A stretch of DNA of 64,000 nucleotides from Verrucomicrobiia bacterium (GTDB lineage: Bacteria; Verrucomicrobiota; Verrucomicrobiia; Limisphaerales; UBA1319): assembly GCA_963664225.1 (NCBI GenBank), contig OY760937.1, positions 1,280,001-1,344,000 of the forward strand. Reading direction: 5' to 3'. The translations under genes were made by a program, and so were the position numbers. A model generated the notes under the pieces. The model made no database searches and was not told the DNA's origin. It was given only the letters and a program-made list of their open reading frames with translations. Below, in pieces: positions 53,594 through 64,000 of this stretch (the stretch's first letter is position 1; each line of letters begins with the position of its first letter).

Positions 53594-55120
53594 ATGAAAA
53601 AGATATTAGAACAGTTAAGAAAACGGATGCCCGTTGTAGTTCTGACCAGTGCCATGGCGTTGGCGGGAACAGCATTGGGCTTTAGCATCAAGGCGGCTGA
53701 AGGAAACAGTTCCAAGTCAGCCCCTGTGAATGTACCGGTGGACCAGACACCTGTGCCGCGGGACACGCTGCCACGCGGTAGTTTTGCGCCCATCGTGAAA
53801 CAAGTTGCACCTGGGGTTGTAAAAATTACAACGACTTCTGCCAACAATAACTCCGCTTTTCAGCAAAGCCCGGGGCTCGAAGATCCCTTCCTATGGCGGT
53901 TTTTTGGGGATCATTTCGGCCAGATGGCTCCGCCGAACCAACCAGGTCCGCTGCGCGAACATGGTTTGGGATCTGGCGTCGTTGTTACCAAGGATGGTTA
54001 CATCCTCACCAATAACCATGTTGTGGATCATGCCACCGATGTTAAGGTCACTTTGCAGGATGGTCGGGAGTTCACCGCCAAAGTTATTGGCCGTGATTCA
54101 AAATCGGACATCGCAGTTGTAAAGATAGAAGCAAAGGATCTGCCTGTCGTGCCCATGGCCGATAGTGACAAGGTCCAAGTTGGCGATGTCGCTCTGGCCA
54201 TTGGCAATCCATTCGGGGTAGGCCAAACTGTCACCGAAGGCATCGTCAGCGCCATTGGCAGAGGAAATATGGGCATCGAAGACTACGAGGACTTTATCCA
54301 AACCGATGCGGCCATTAACCCCGGCAATTCAGGCGGCGCATTGGTGGATATAGACGGCCGCTTAATAGGTATTAACACTGCCATCATGAGCCGGTCCGGC
54401 GGCAGCCAGGGTGTCGGTTTCGCGATTCCCTCGGACCTCGCCCACAAGGTGATGGATAGTCTCATCCAGTACGGCCACGTCACGCGTGGTTATCTGGGTG
54501 TGATGATCCAGGATGTCACCCCCACGCTGGCCAGAGAGTTTAAATTAAAAAACACCACTGGCGCACTTGTCAGCGATGTCGTGCCAGATGGCCCCGCGTC
54601 GAAAGCCGGATTAAAGGATGGAGACGTGGTGCTGGAATTCAATGGCAAACTTGTAACTGACAGCCGACGCCTGAAACTCACGGTTGCAGAAACCAATCCC
54701 GGTTCAACCATACCGGTAAAAATCTGGCGGGACGGTTCAACTGAAACGCTCCAAGTCACCGTCAAACAGTTGCCAGGAACCGAGCAACTCGCTCAAAACA
54801 ACGTGGATAACAATAAGGATTCGGGCACCCTCAACGGCGTAGCCGTAAGCAACCTGGACCCGCAGACGCGCCAGCAATTCAATGTGCCTGTAAAGGTTAA
54901 TGGAGCGGTCATCACCGAAGTGGAGCCAAATTCCGCAGCCGCCGAAGCTGGTTTGAAACCCGGCGAAGTGATTGAGGAAATCAACCGACATACGGTGAAC
55001 AACGCCGAGGATGCGGTAAAGCTGACTGAAAACACCAAAGACAAGCACACCTTGGTGCGTGTTTGGGATAAAGGCGGAAGCCATTACGTCGTTGTAGATG
55101 AAAGCCGTCAAAACGGTTAG
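53594..55120 (+). CDS. degP: DegP/DegQ (HtrA) serine protease with two PDZ domains
   Basis: GSGV, TNNHVV, D..SDIAV, QTDAAINPGNSGG. Confidence 0.95.
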   Translation: MKKILEQLRKRMPVVVLTSAMALAGTALGFSIKAAEGNSSKSAPVNVPVDQTPVPRDTLPRGSFAPIVKQVAPGVVKITTTSANNNSAFQQSPGLEDPFLWRFFGDHFGQMAPPNQPGPLREHGLGSGVVVTKDGYILTNNHVVDHATDVKVTLQDGREFTAKVIGRDSKSDIAVVKIEAKDLPVVPMADSDKVQVGDVALAIGNPFGVGQTVTEGIVSAIGRGNMGIEDYEDFIQTDAAINPGNSGGALVDIDGRLIGINTAIMSRSGGSQGVGFAIPSDLAHKVMDSLIQYGHVTRGYLGVMIQDVTPTLAREFKLKNTTGALVSDVVPDGPASKAGLKDGDVVLEFNGKLVTDSRRLKLTVAETNPGSTIPVKIWRDGSTETLQVTVKQLPGTEQLAQNNVDNNKDSGTLNGVAVSNLDPQTRQQFNVPVKVNGAVITEVEPNSAAAEAGLKPGEVIEEINRHTVNNAEDAVKLTENTKDKHTLVRVWDKGGSHYVVVDESRQNG

Positions 55121-55158
55121 TCCCAATACGACAAATTAAATCCGCCTACGCGAATCGC

Positions 55159-55192
55159 CGCAAAGGGGCAGAAATCATTCTGCCCCTTTGCG
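55159..55192. terminator. hairpin terminator downstream of degP
   Basis: cgcaaaggggcagaa-atca-ttctgcccctttgcg, a perfect 15-bp stem. Confidence 0.7.
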
Positions 55193-55835
55193 TCAAATGC
55201 GTTTCGATTTCGATCCGCTTGAAACGGCCCTTTCAACCCCCACTCCATTACACAGCATTCCTCCATAAAAGAGATACATTCTGGTTGTGTGACCGTTTTA
55301 AGCTTTTCGGTCGATGGGGATACCTACCCGCATTTTTCCGGCGTGATTGGGAATGGCGACGGAGAAAATGCTGCATCCTTGTTATCCACGTAGACGAAAT
55401 CGATTCCTTAATACGGAGGAAAGGCCGCAAGTTCCAGTCGCTTCCAATGAAATAAATTCTCCGAGATGGCCAGAAAAACCCGTGGGCCAATGGACGAGAG
55501 CACGTCGTAGGTCATTACATAACGTTGGAACGGCTCTGCGAACATGATGCGCGGTTCCTCACAGCCACCGCCGCGCTAAGGCACCCGCTCGTAATCCGTT
55601 TTTGGTTCAAGCGCAGTGCCGATTCGCTCAACTCTTAACGGATCGCCGGACTCATTGAATTTGATGCGGTCAATGCCAATGCGCGAAATATTGCTCTGCG
55701 CAACAAGCCAGGGAAACAGGTAACGCTGTCGGTCATGGCCAAGAGCGGCTGTCCGATTCAGGACACCCTCGATTTTCATCGGATTGCCCGGTTCCGCCTC
55801 CGTGATTTGTTTGAGGTGCTTCAATTGAAAGCCGC

Positions 55836-56618
55836 TCATCGTTTCGACTCCTTGGAAGATTTTGTGGGTGGAACGCGGTCCAAACAAGCGACAATGGCTT
55901 CAATCACCCGTTTCGACTCGTTCGGGTCGCGGACCCGGATTGAAAGAACACCTGCTTCTTTCGCCGGATAGTCGTTGCCACCAGGAAACAAGGCATCGCC
56001 GATAAAAATCATCTCCTCGATTGCTATACCCAAAATGTTCCGGAGCTTTCGAATCCCGTAGGCTTTATCAATGCCCGGTTTAGTAACGTCAACGGATGTC
56101 GTCCCTCCCAGCCGCACGGAAAACTCGGGGATCAGTTTATCAAGGAGTTCCTTGAGCTTTTTCCGCTTTGCGAAGTCAGGGTCCCATTTTTTCTTTTCCT
56201 CGATGGGTGCCTGCTGTCCTAACGCCGAGAACGTAATCTGACTTCCCCGGTCTTCAATGGTTTCTCCCCAGACCTTTTCAGCTTTGAAACCCGCTGCTTC
56301 AAGCGCCTCTTTTAACGAACCGATGATTTTCGTTTTTTCGACCGCTGTGAAATCTTCCGAGTAGATCTTTTTCCAATCCCCTGCGTATTGGTAGAACTTT
56401 GTTCCACAGGTGGGAAGGAGAGACAGATTCTTCAGCCGTTCGTCGTGGGGAAGATTGGAGAGTACTTGCTTTTCAAACTGAGGCCAATCGCCACCGGAAA
56501 TCACGGCAACTTTCACAATTCCCAGCAGAGCGGTGAGCAGCTTGGTCATCTCGGCGTCAAGGGATGCTTTGCTTTCGGCGAGCGTGCCATCCAGATCGAA
56601 GACAATGAGCCTTTTCAT
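55836..56618 (-). CDS. HAD-IIB hydrolase (phosphomannomutase-like)
   Basis: FDLDGTL, SGG, EDRGSQITFS, GG.TS.D, GD....GND. Confidence 0.88.
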   Translation of the reverse strand: MKRLIVFDLDGTLAESKASLDAEMTKLLTALLGIVKVAVISGGDWPQFEKQVLSNLPHDERLKNLSLLPTCGTKFYQYAGDWKKIYSEDFTAVEKTKIIGSLKEALEAAGFKAEKVWGETIEDRGSQITFSALGQQAPIEEKKKWDPDFAKRKKLKELLDKLIPEFSVRLGGTTSVDVTKPGIDKAYGIRKLRNILGIAIEEMIFIGDALFPGGNDYPAKEAGVLSIRVRDPNESKRVIEAIVACLDRVPPTKSSKESKR

Positions 56619-56621
56619 GGG

Positions 56622-57320
56622 CTAGGGTCCTTCCGGAAACGCAATCTCCCGCAAGCTAACAGAACCATATGGTCGGCACAAATATGCTCCGACATCGACC
56701 AGTAAAAGCATCACGTTGTTGTTTTCCTGCACTTCAAAAAGCGCAACATCGCCCAGCGAGTGAACCGTTCCATCTGTTATGCAATTTCCGCCACCAGGCT
56801 TTGGCACTAAGAATGCGAGATGGTCCGTCACATTCCCACTTAAGATCGCCTGCCATAGAGTATCGGTCGCGGTGGCCGGCTTGAGACCCGCGTAGATACA
56901 GCTTTTGAATCCCGCCTCCAGCACAACCCAGGCTTCGGTTTTGCTGGTCTCGCGCACAGGGAGATGGTTCTTTTGTTGATCCGGTGGATGCACTTGCAAT
57001 GAGAACGTTTCGCACGCATCAAGGAATTTCAGCGGCAGCGGGAATTGGCGGAAGCGCCTGGCCAGTTTTCCCAACAACTGCTCTGGCCACTGCGTCAGCA
57101 ATTGCCCGAGGGTCCGACCTTTGAGCGATCCATCATCAACGTGACTCGGATGGTCAGCGCGGTCGCTTAAAAGCCCTTCGCCGATGAGGCCATCGCTGGG
57201 CAATGGGATAGGGAGCAGATTGCCAACACGTCGCCCTCCCAAGAGCCGGTATTGGCAGGTCGGGTCAAATCGAAGCGGATAAATAGGTGGTTGATCCATG
57301 GCATGTCCCCTAGTTGTCAT
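56622..57320 (-). pseudogene. truncated, degenerate type I mannose-6-phosphate isomerase
   Basis: K.LDA...SLQVHP, KTEAW and GTVH are retained. WGG and the Q.SD.T.R.YD motifs are altered and the C-terminal domain is missing. Confidence 0.65.
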
Positions 57321-57322
57321 GC

Positions 57323-58420
57323 CTATGTTCTTTCCATCGCGGCAGTGTATTCACCACGGCGCGCAGCGCGGTTGCATTTGGCTCGATGAAGCAGGGCCTG
57401 CTGTGCCGCCATCACATTGGCCTCTTTGCTTCGCCAAATCTCCAAAGCCGGTTGCTGGATGGCGCGGGCAAATGAAAACGCCAACGCCCACGGCAGTTGC
57501 GACTTGAATCGTAGATTCATGGCATTTAAACGAGCTGAGGCGAGTTCAGCGGATTGGCCGCCGGATAAAAAAGCAATCCCAGGAACCGCTGCGGGGACCG
57601 TTCGCCACAGACTTTTCACCGTGATGTTGGCCACCTCGTCAATATCTTGTTCCTCGTCCGGCTGCCGGTCGGTCAATCGCACCTGATACTGCTGTTCACC
57701 AACGCCGACTTCTTTGACTTCTCGGTGGGGGGGACAGGTCAATCCCGGCAATACCATGTTGGGCTTTAGAATTATTCCTTCCAGCAGCACGCGCTGGCAA
57801 TTCAACTGGATGAAAACATTTCGCAGGACTTCTTCAGTCACTTTGCGGCACCGTTCCAATGATTGATCGCCCTCCATGAGCACCTCCGGTTCGACAATCG
57901 GAACCATGCCAGCCTCCTGGCACAAAGCAGCGTAGCGTGCCAGCGCGTGCGCGTTGGCCTCTATGCAACTCCGGCTCGGAAGGCCATCGCCAATGGCAAG
58001 AACCGCACGCCACTTGGCGAACCGAGCGCCCATCTGAAAATACTCTTTGAGGCGGTCGCGTAATCCGTCCAGACCTTCGGTGATTTTCTCTCCGAGGTGA
58101 CCGGCCATTTCCTTCGCGCCCGTGTCCACTTTGATGCCAGGAATAATTCCCGCATCAGTGAGAATATTTATGAATGGAGTGCCATCCTTCTTCTGCTGGC
58201 GGATCGTCTCATCGAAGAGGATTGCGCCACTAATGAACTCGCCGAGACCGGGCGTGGTCACAATCAACTCCCGATAGTCGCGCCGGGCCTCGACGGTCTG
58301 CGGGATTCCCAGTTTCGCGAAGCGTTTGTTGCAGGTCGGATTACTTTCATCCATCGCCAGCAGGCCCTTGTCGACCGCGACCATTGCCCTCGCGGTGTTG
58401 GCAAGCTGTTGAGCATTCAT
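57323..58420 (-). CDS. class I fructose-bisphosphate aldolase
   Basis: KGLLA.DES, GIKVD, FAKWR, PIVEPE, LKPNMV, FLSGGQS. Confidence 0.95.
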   Translation of the reverse strand: MNAQQLANTARAMVAVDKGLLAMDESNPTCNKRFAKLGIPQTVEARRDYRELIVTTPGLGEFISGAILFDETIRQQKKDGTPFINILTDAGIIPGIKVDTGAKEMAGHLGEKITEGLDGLRDRLKEYFQMGARFAKWRAVLAIGDGLPSRSCIEANAHALARYAALCQEAGMVPIVEPEVLMEGDQSLERCRKVTEEVLRNVFIQLNCQRVLLEGIILKPNMVLPGLTCPPHREVKEVGVGEQQYQVRLTDRQPDEEQDIDEVANITVKSLWRTVPAAVPGIAFLSGGQSAELASARLNAMNLRFKSQLPWALAFSFARAIQQPALEIWRSKEANVMAAQQALLHRAKCNRAARRGEYTAAMERT

Positions 58421-58444
58421 TTGTGTCGTTCGCGTCCGAAGCCG

Positions 58445-58807
58445 CTACACTTCACCCAACCACTTCCTCGCCTCAGCGGCGTCGGCGTGATCGAAGTAAC
58501 GAATCGTCGCTTTCGTGAACGGCTTGCAAAATGTCGCCATCCCTTCCTGCCATTTCTTCTCACCGACCACCGCCAGACAATCAATGTCGCTGAAATGATG
58601 CATCGCAAACTTCGTGTCCTCCCACAACGCGCCGGCTGTCCAGCCATGAAAGCCGGTCATATCGAACAGCACGCGCAGTTTTCCATGCAGCCCGACGAGC
58701 CGCTCGAACTCAGGCACGAAGTGCTCGTAATCTGCTTTCACCAACTTTCCGCTGACGTGGACGGCGAGCATCTTCCCGCCGTTTTCTTCGCTGAGGTTAA
58801 TGGGCAT
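58445..58807 (-). CDS. SpoIIAA-like (STAS/SEC14) protein
   Basis: GKL...DY, GW...A.WED, RYF......A..WL. Confidence 0.85.
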   Translation of the reverse strand: MPINLSEENGGKMLAVHVSGKLVKADYEHFVPEFERLVGLHGKLRVLFDMTGFHGWTAGALWEDTKFAMHHFSDIDCLAVVGEKKWQEGMATFCKPFTKATIRYFDHADAAEARKWLGEV

Positions 58808-61292
58808 GCTGGACTCCTTTGGTTTGTTTCACGTTATTATGTTTTCCATGTTTGCTCGCGCTGATCCGCCGTAACTTTAGTTCCGGCGCACACACCTTCT
58901 CCGCTGGCAATTTCCTTTTTTTCGTTTCACCCCGGCCCCACTTCCAATTCCGAATCTCCGGCAAATCCTGGCCGTGTTGATCAATATAATGCTTGTGCTC
59001 AATGAGCTTGTCCTGCATTTGTTGTTTCAAATAAGCGCCCTTGGAACCCAAATTAGGCAGGCGATCCACCACGTCTTGAACCAGATGAAAGCGGTCCAGC
59101 TTGTTCTGCACCCGCATGTCAAAGGCCGTTGTGATGGTGCCCTCTTCCACGTAGCCACGGACGTGAAGGTTGCGATTGGTCCGGCGGTAGGTCAGCCGGT
59201 GAACCAACCAGGGATATCCATGGAAGCCAAAAATGATGTGCTTATCCCTGGTGAAAAGTGAATCGTAATCCGTTTCGTTCAGTCCGTGTGGGTGTTCGCT
59301 CGCAGACTGGAGCTTCATCAGATCGACGACATTGATCACGCGAATTTTCAGATCGGGCAGATGCTCGCGAAGGATGGAAACAGCGGCCAGAATCTCCAGC
59401 GTGGGCGTGTCGCCGCAGCAGGCCATCACCACATCCGGCTCGGAGCCTTGGTCGTTGCTGGCCCATTGCCAGATTCCAATGCCTTCGGTGCAATGCACCA
59501 CGGCGGCATCCATCGTCAGCCATTGTGGCAGAGCGTGCTTTCCCGCAACCACCACGTTGACGTAATGCCGGCTCCGCAGGCAATGATCGAAGACTGACAA
59601 CAGGCAGTTCGCATCGGGCGGTAAATAAACGCGCACGATGTCAGCCTTCTTGTTGATGACGTGGTCAAGGAACCCGGGGTCCTGATGGGTGAACCCGTTG
59701 TGATCCTGCTGCCAGACGTGGGAGGCGAGAAGATAGTTCAGCGATGCAATTTTCCGCCTCCACGGGAGTTCCAAAGTCACCTTCAACCACTTGGCGTGCT
59801 GGCTGAACATCGAATCCACGATGCGGATGAAAGCCTCGTAGCTATTGAACAGCCCGTGCCGCCCGGTCAGCAAATAACCTTCCAACCAGCCTTCGCATTG
59901 GTGTTCGCTTAACATCGAATCCAGCACACGGCCCGCGGGCGCGAGAAATTCATCATTCTTCACTTCGCGCGCGTCCCATTGACGGTTGGTGACTTCAAAG
60001 ATCGCGCCCAGGAGATTCGAGAGCGTCTCATCGGGACCGAAGACGCGGAAATTATTTTGATTCAACTTTGCCACGTCGCGCAGAAAAGTTCCAAGCACCA
60101 TTGTATCTTGGCAGTCCACTGCCCCGGGCGATGGCACAGTCACAGCATGATCGTGGAAGTCTGGCATCCGCAAGTCGCGCAGCAATATTCCGCCATTGGC
60201 GTGGGGATTAGCGCCCATCCGCCGGTTGCCTTTTGGCGCAAGTTCTGCCAAGTCCGAATTGAGCCGACCATTTTTATCGAACAATTCTTCGGCCTTGTAA
60301 CTTTTCATCCAGCGTTCGAGTTGTTTGACGTGCTGGGGATGTTTGGCATCCACCAGCAGGGGCACTTGGTGCGCGCGGAATGTGCCTTCGACTTTCAGGC
60401 CATCCACTTCTTTTGGCCCCGTCCAGCCTTTCGGCGACTTGAGGACGATCATGGGCCAGCGCGGACGCGTGGTATCCTTCTTTTCCCGAGCAGCTTTTTG
60501 GATCTGTCGGATATCCTCGATGCACTTTTCCAAGACTGCAGCCATGAGTTTGTGCATTTTTTCCGGCTCGTCACCTTCCACGACGTAAGGCGTCCAGCCG
60601 CAACCGCGAAAATATTGTTCCAATTCGTCTGGCTCGATGCGGGCCAGAAGGGTCGGGTTGGAAATCTTGTAACCGTTGAGATGCAAAATCGGCAACACGG
60701 CACCGTCAGTGATTGGGTCGAGAAGCTTATTGGACTGCCAGGCTGTCGCCAGCGGTCCTGTTTCCGCTTCACCATCGCCAACAACACAGGCGACGATCAG
60801 GCCGGGATTGTCGAACGCCGCACCGAAAGCGTGCGACAATGAATACCCCAGTTCGCCGCCTTCGTGAATGGATCCCGGCGTCGTCGGTGCCACATGGCTG
60901 GAAATTCCACCGGGAAACGAGAATTGGGTAAATAATTTTTTCAGCCCGGCTTCGTCTTGCGTGATGTTCGGATAAACCTCACTCCAAGTGCCTTCGAGAT
61001 AGACATTGCCCACAATCGCCGGACCACCATGACCGGGACCAGCGACGTAGAACATATCCAAGTCATACTTTTTGATGACACGGTTCAAATGCACGTATAT
61101 GAAATTCTGTCCCGGCGTCGTGCCCCAGTGTCCGACCACAAGTGGCTTCACGTCCGAAAGTTTCAGCGGACGCTTCAGCAGCGGATTGTCGTAGAGGTAA
61201 ATCTGGCCGACCGACAGATAATTGGCCGCGCGCCAATAGGCGTCCATTTTGCGGAGCAATTCCGGCGTAAGAGCATTTGAATTTGCTTTCAT
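58797..61292 (-). CDS. xfp: phosphoketolase
   Basis: [47 protein letters not shown]. Confidence 0.95.
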   Translation of the reverse strand: MKANSNALTPELLRKMDAYWRAANYLSVGQIYLYDNPLLKRPLKLSDVKPLVVGHWGTTPGQNFIYVHLNRVIKKYDLDMFYVAGPGHGGPAIVGNVYLEGTWSEVYPNITQDEAGLKKLFTQFSFPGGISSHVAPTTPGSIHEGGELGYSLSHAFGAAFDNPGLIVACVVGDGEAETGPLATAWQSNKLLDPITDGAVLPILHLNGYKISNPTLLARIEPDELEQYFRGCGWTPYVVEGDEPEKMHKLMAAVLEKCIEDIRQIQKAAREKKDTTRPRWPMIVLKSPKGWTGPKEVDGLKVEGTFRAHQVPLLVDAKHPQHVKQLERWMKSYKAEELFDKNGRLNSDLAELAPKGNRRMGANPHANGGILLRDLRMPDFHDHAVTVPSPGAVDCQDTMVLGTFLRDVAKLNQNNFRVFGPDETLSNLLGAIFEVTNRQWDAREVKNDEFLAPAGRVLDSMLSEHQCEGWLEGYLLTGRHGLFNSYEAFIRIVDSMFSQHAKWLKVTLELPWRRKIASLNYLLASHVWQQDHNGFTHQDPGFLDHVINKKADIVRVYLPPDANCLLSVFDHCLRSRHYVNVVVAGKHALPQWLTMDAAVVHCTEGIGIWQWASNDQGSEPDVVMACCGDTPTLEILAAVSILREHLPDLKIRVINVVDLMKLQSASEHPHGLNETDYDSLFTRDKHIIFGFHGYPWLVHRLTYRRTNRNLHVRGYVEEGTITTAFDMRVQNKLDRFHLVQDVVDRLPNLGSKGAYLKQQMQDKLIEHKHYIDQHGQDLPEIRNWKWGRGETKKRKLPAEKVCAPELKLRRISASKHGKHNNVKQTKGVQHAH

Positions 61293-61553
61293 GTTTCGCA
61301 ATCAAGTTACAGCCGCATCCTCCGCAGCCACAGAGGTTGCTGAACTGTTTCTTCGCTGTCGGCGTCCTGGCTGATGCGGGTTTGAGAAAGCGGGCCCGCC
61401 GCGATCTGCGCGCATGCCAACTCTCATTTTACGCCGACGGGGCTGATTCGCTATGGGGTGTTACCCCCATGACTGTTCAACGCAGAGAAGAGTGATTTGT
61501 TTCCTGACGACCGTTACCCGGACTCTCGTTGAGTGACCGCTTTCACCACACAA

Positions 61554-63842
61554 TCACAGTTTCATTTTTCGCAGCCGCAAGGCGTTGCTGATCACGGAGA
61601 CGGAACTCAGGCTCATCGCAGCGCCGGCGATGATCGGGCTGAGCAGCCAACCGAAGATCGGGTAAAGCGCGCCCGCCGCCACCGGAATCCCCAGCGCATT
61701 GTAGAGAAAGGCGAAGACGAGATTCTGCCGGATGTTGCTCATCGTGGCGCGACTGAGGCGAATGGCCTGGGCAATGCCACGGAGGTCACCTTTCACGAGG
61801 GTGATGCCAGCACTTTGCATCGCCACGTCGGTGCCGGTGCCCATCGCGATGCCGACTTCTGCTTCGCTTAGCGCGGGCGCGTCGTTGATGCCGTCGCCGG
61901 CCATTGCAACGTGTTTGCCTTCCTCGCGCAACTTCTTGATGTGGTCGACTTTCCCGGCGGGTTCGACCTCCGCTTCCACCGCATCCAGGCCGAGTTGCTT
62001 CGCCACTGCGTCAGCCGTACGAAGGTTGTCGCCGGTGAGCATGACGAGTTTCAAACCGAGCTTGTGAAGTTCTTTGATGGCTTCCGCAGTGGTGGACTTA
62101 ATTGGGTCAGCCACAGCGAGAATGCCAGCAGGCTTTCCATCCACGGCGACGAACATCGCGGTATTGCCTTCTTCCTGGAGTTTTACCGCCGAAGCTGCGA
62201 GTGGCTCCAAACCAATAATCTTTTCGTTTCGCAGGAAGTCGGTTTTTCCAACCATCACTTGCCGACCATCGACATTTCCCACGACACCGCCCGCTGTCAC
62301 AGAACGAAAGTCTTTCACGTCAGCGAGCAGGAGGCTCTGCTCTTTCGCAGCCTGCACAATCGCAGCGGCGAGTGGGTGTTCGCTGTTCTGCTCCAATGAG
62401 GCGGCGAGACGCAGAAATTCCTTCGCGTCGAAACCGTCGGCGGGCAGCACATCCACGAGCTTGGGTTTACCCTCGGTGAGCGTGCCCGTCTTGTCCACGA
62501 CGAGCGTGGTGACTTTTTCCAACCGTTCGAGCGCCTCGGCGTTCTTCACGAGCACGCCTGCCTGTGCGCCGCGTCCGACGCCGACCATGATGGACATGGG
62601 CGTAGCCAGACCGAGGGCGCACGGGCATGCAATGATGAGCACCGCGACGGCGTTGACGATGGCGTGCGCGAGTTTTGGCTCCGGACCCAGCGACATCCAG
62701 ACAACGAAGGTAACCACCGAAACCGCCAGCACCACCGGGACGAAAATGGCCGCGACCTTGTCGGCGAGACCCTGAATGGGCGCGCGGCTGCGCTGGGCTT
62801 CGGCCACCATCTTCACGATCTGCCCGAGCAATGTGTCGTTGCCGACCCGTTCGGCCCGCATGACGAAACTGCCCGTGCCGTTGACGGTGCCGGCCGTGAC
62901 TTTATCGCCGACAGTTTTTTCCACCGGGAGCGGTTCGCCGGTGATCATGGATTCTTCCACGCTGGAGTGACCTTCAACCAGTGCGCCATCCACGGGTACC
63001 TTGTCACCGGGCACCACGCGTAACCAATCACCGACTTTCACCTGGTCGAGCGGGACTTCATGATCGCCACCGTCGGCGACTTGTCGCGCGGTGGGTGGAG
63101 CGAGGTTGATCAGCGCTTTGATGGCGCTGCCCGTGCGGCTGCGAGCGCGGAGTTCGAGCACTTGGCCAAGAAGGACCAGAACCGTGACCATCGCGGCGGC
63201 CTCAAAATAAATGCCGACCTTACCCTCATGCTGCATCGTGGTTGGGAACAGGCCGGGCGCCAGTATCGCTACCGCACTGAAGACGAATGCCGCACCCACG
63301 CCGATAGCAATCAGCGTGAACATGTTCAGGTGTACCGTCATGATGGAGCGCCAGCCGCGCTGGAAAAACGGCCAGCCCGCCCAGCAAACTACGGGCGTGG
63401 TCAGCGCAAATTGCAGCCAGCGTGAAGAATCGCTCATCACCCAGCCATCGCGACCAATCGCGGGGATCAGGTGTGCCATCGCGAGGACGAATACTGGCAA
63501 CGTCAGTGCGGCACCGATCCAGAAGCGCCGCGTCATGTCGCGCAGTTCGGTGTTCTCACCTTCTTCTGGGCTCGCAGTCCCCGTCTTTGGTTCGAGGGCC
63601 ATGCCGCACTTGGGGCAATCGCCGGGATGATCCTGCTCGATCTCCGGGTGCATCGGACAGGTGTAAATGGTTTTACCCTGCAGCTTCTCCTCCTTCTTCT
63701 CTTCGTATTTTGTGGTAGCGGGCGTTGACAGAAACGTTTTATGGCAGTGCTCGTTGCAAAAGTAAAACGTCTGTCCGTCGCGTTCAGCGTGGAGCGGCGT
63801 CGTTTCATCCACCGTCATTCCGCAAATGGGATCAATGGCCAT
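61554..63842 (-). CDS. copA: P1B-1 Cu+/Ag+ ATPase with N-terminal YHS and metal-binding domains
   Basis: DPICGM, YTCPMHP...CPKCGM, TGE, CPCALG, DKTGT, GDGIND, YN, MSLSS. Confidence 0.93.
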   Translation of the reverse strand: MAIDPICGMTVDETTPLHAERDGQTFYFCNEHCHKTFLSTPATTKYEEKKEEKLQGKTIYTCPMHPEIEQDHPGDCPKCGMALEPKTGTASPEEGENTELRDMTRRFWIGAALTLPVFVLAMAHLIPAIGRDGWVMSDSSRWLQFALTTPVVCWAGWPFFQRGWRSIMTVHLNMFTLIAIGVGAAFVFSAVAILAPGLFPTTMQHEGKVGIYFEAAAMVTVLVLLGQVLELRARSRTGSAIKALINLAPPTARQVADGGDHEVPLDQVKVGDWLRVVPGDKVPVDGALVEGHSSVEESMITGEPLPVEKTVGDKVTAGTVNGTGSFVMRAERVGNDTLLGQIVKMVAEAQRSRAPIQGLADKVAAIFVPVVLAVSVVTFVVWMSLGPEPKLAHAIVNAVAVLIIACPCALGLATPMSIMVGVGRGAQAGVLVKNAEALERLEKVTTLVVDKTGTLTEGKPKLVDVLPADGFDAKEFLRLAASLEQNSEHPLAAAIVQAAKEQSLLLADVKDFRSVTAGGVVGNVDGRQVMVGKTDFLRNEKIIGLEPLAASAVKLQEEGNTAMFVAVDGKPAGILAVADPIKSTTAEAIKELHKLGLKLVMLTGDNLRTADAVAKQLGLDAVEAEVEPAGKVDHIKKLREEGKHVAMAGDGINDAPALSEAEVGIAMGTGTDVAMQSAGITLVKGDLRGIAQAIRLSRATMSNIRQNLVFAFLYNALGIPVAAGALYPIFGWLLSPIIAGAAMSLSSVSVISNALRLRKMKL

Positions 63843-64000
63843 ATCCGTTAAGATTCAGTCAAAGTCCAACAATTCTTTTACTGTGAATCATTCTGAGCAG
63901 CCAATCAGCCTGCAGCCGCTTCCGTCATGATTTTAACAATGGTGTTTTCCACTTCCTGCGCCACGTTTTTCAATTGCGGCGTGTGGAACAGCGTCAGCAG

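Noticed and set aside
55200..55830. Short ORFs between degP and the HAD-IIB gene
   Set aside because: No recognisable motif, RBS or structure; left unannotated.

Overview
GC-rich bacterial window (gene content suggests Verrucomicrobia or the PVC group; inference) in three blocks. (1) 1-9 kb: a minus-strand candidate defence operon of a DEAD/DEAH-DUF1998 helicase-nuclease, a SNF2-like helicase and the 5' end of a probable N6 DNA methylase that runs off the left edge and is absent from the ORF track. (2) About 9.8-26.4 kb: a mobilizable plasmid-type backbone with two RadC genes, ArdC, a coupling ATPase, a helicase-less MOBF relaxase, an ECF sigma, RepA with 45-bp iteron-like repeats, and ParA plus partner. 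No integrase or VirB genes are visible. Inside it is an ORF-less, apparently circularly permuted group II intron (D5-D6, then an 80-nt exon, then GUGCG and D1-D4). The relaxase and a small protein coupled to the ECF sigma share the C-terminal motif KSxDxGHSH. (3) 27-64 kb: salt, osmotic and metabolic cargo: N-ATPase operon atpDCQRBEFAG, glucosylglycerate-type solute genes, Ktr, ClC, antiporter, ECF/anti-sigma, DegP, a phosphoketolase-aldolase operon and a Cu-type P1B ATPase. All calls come from motif recognition by eye; no searches were run.
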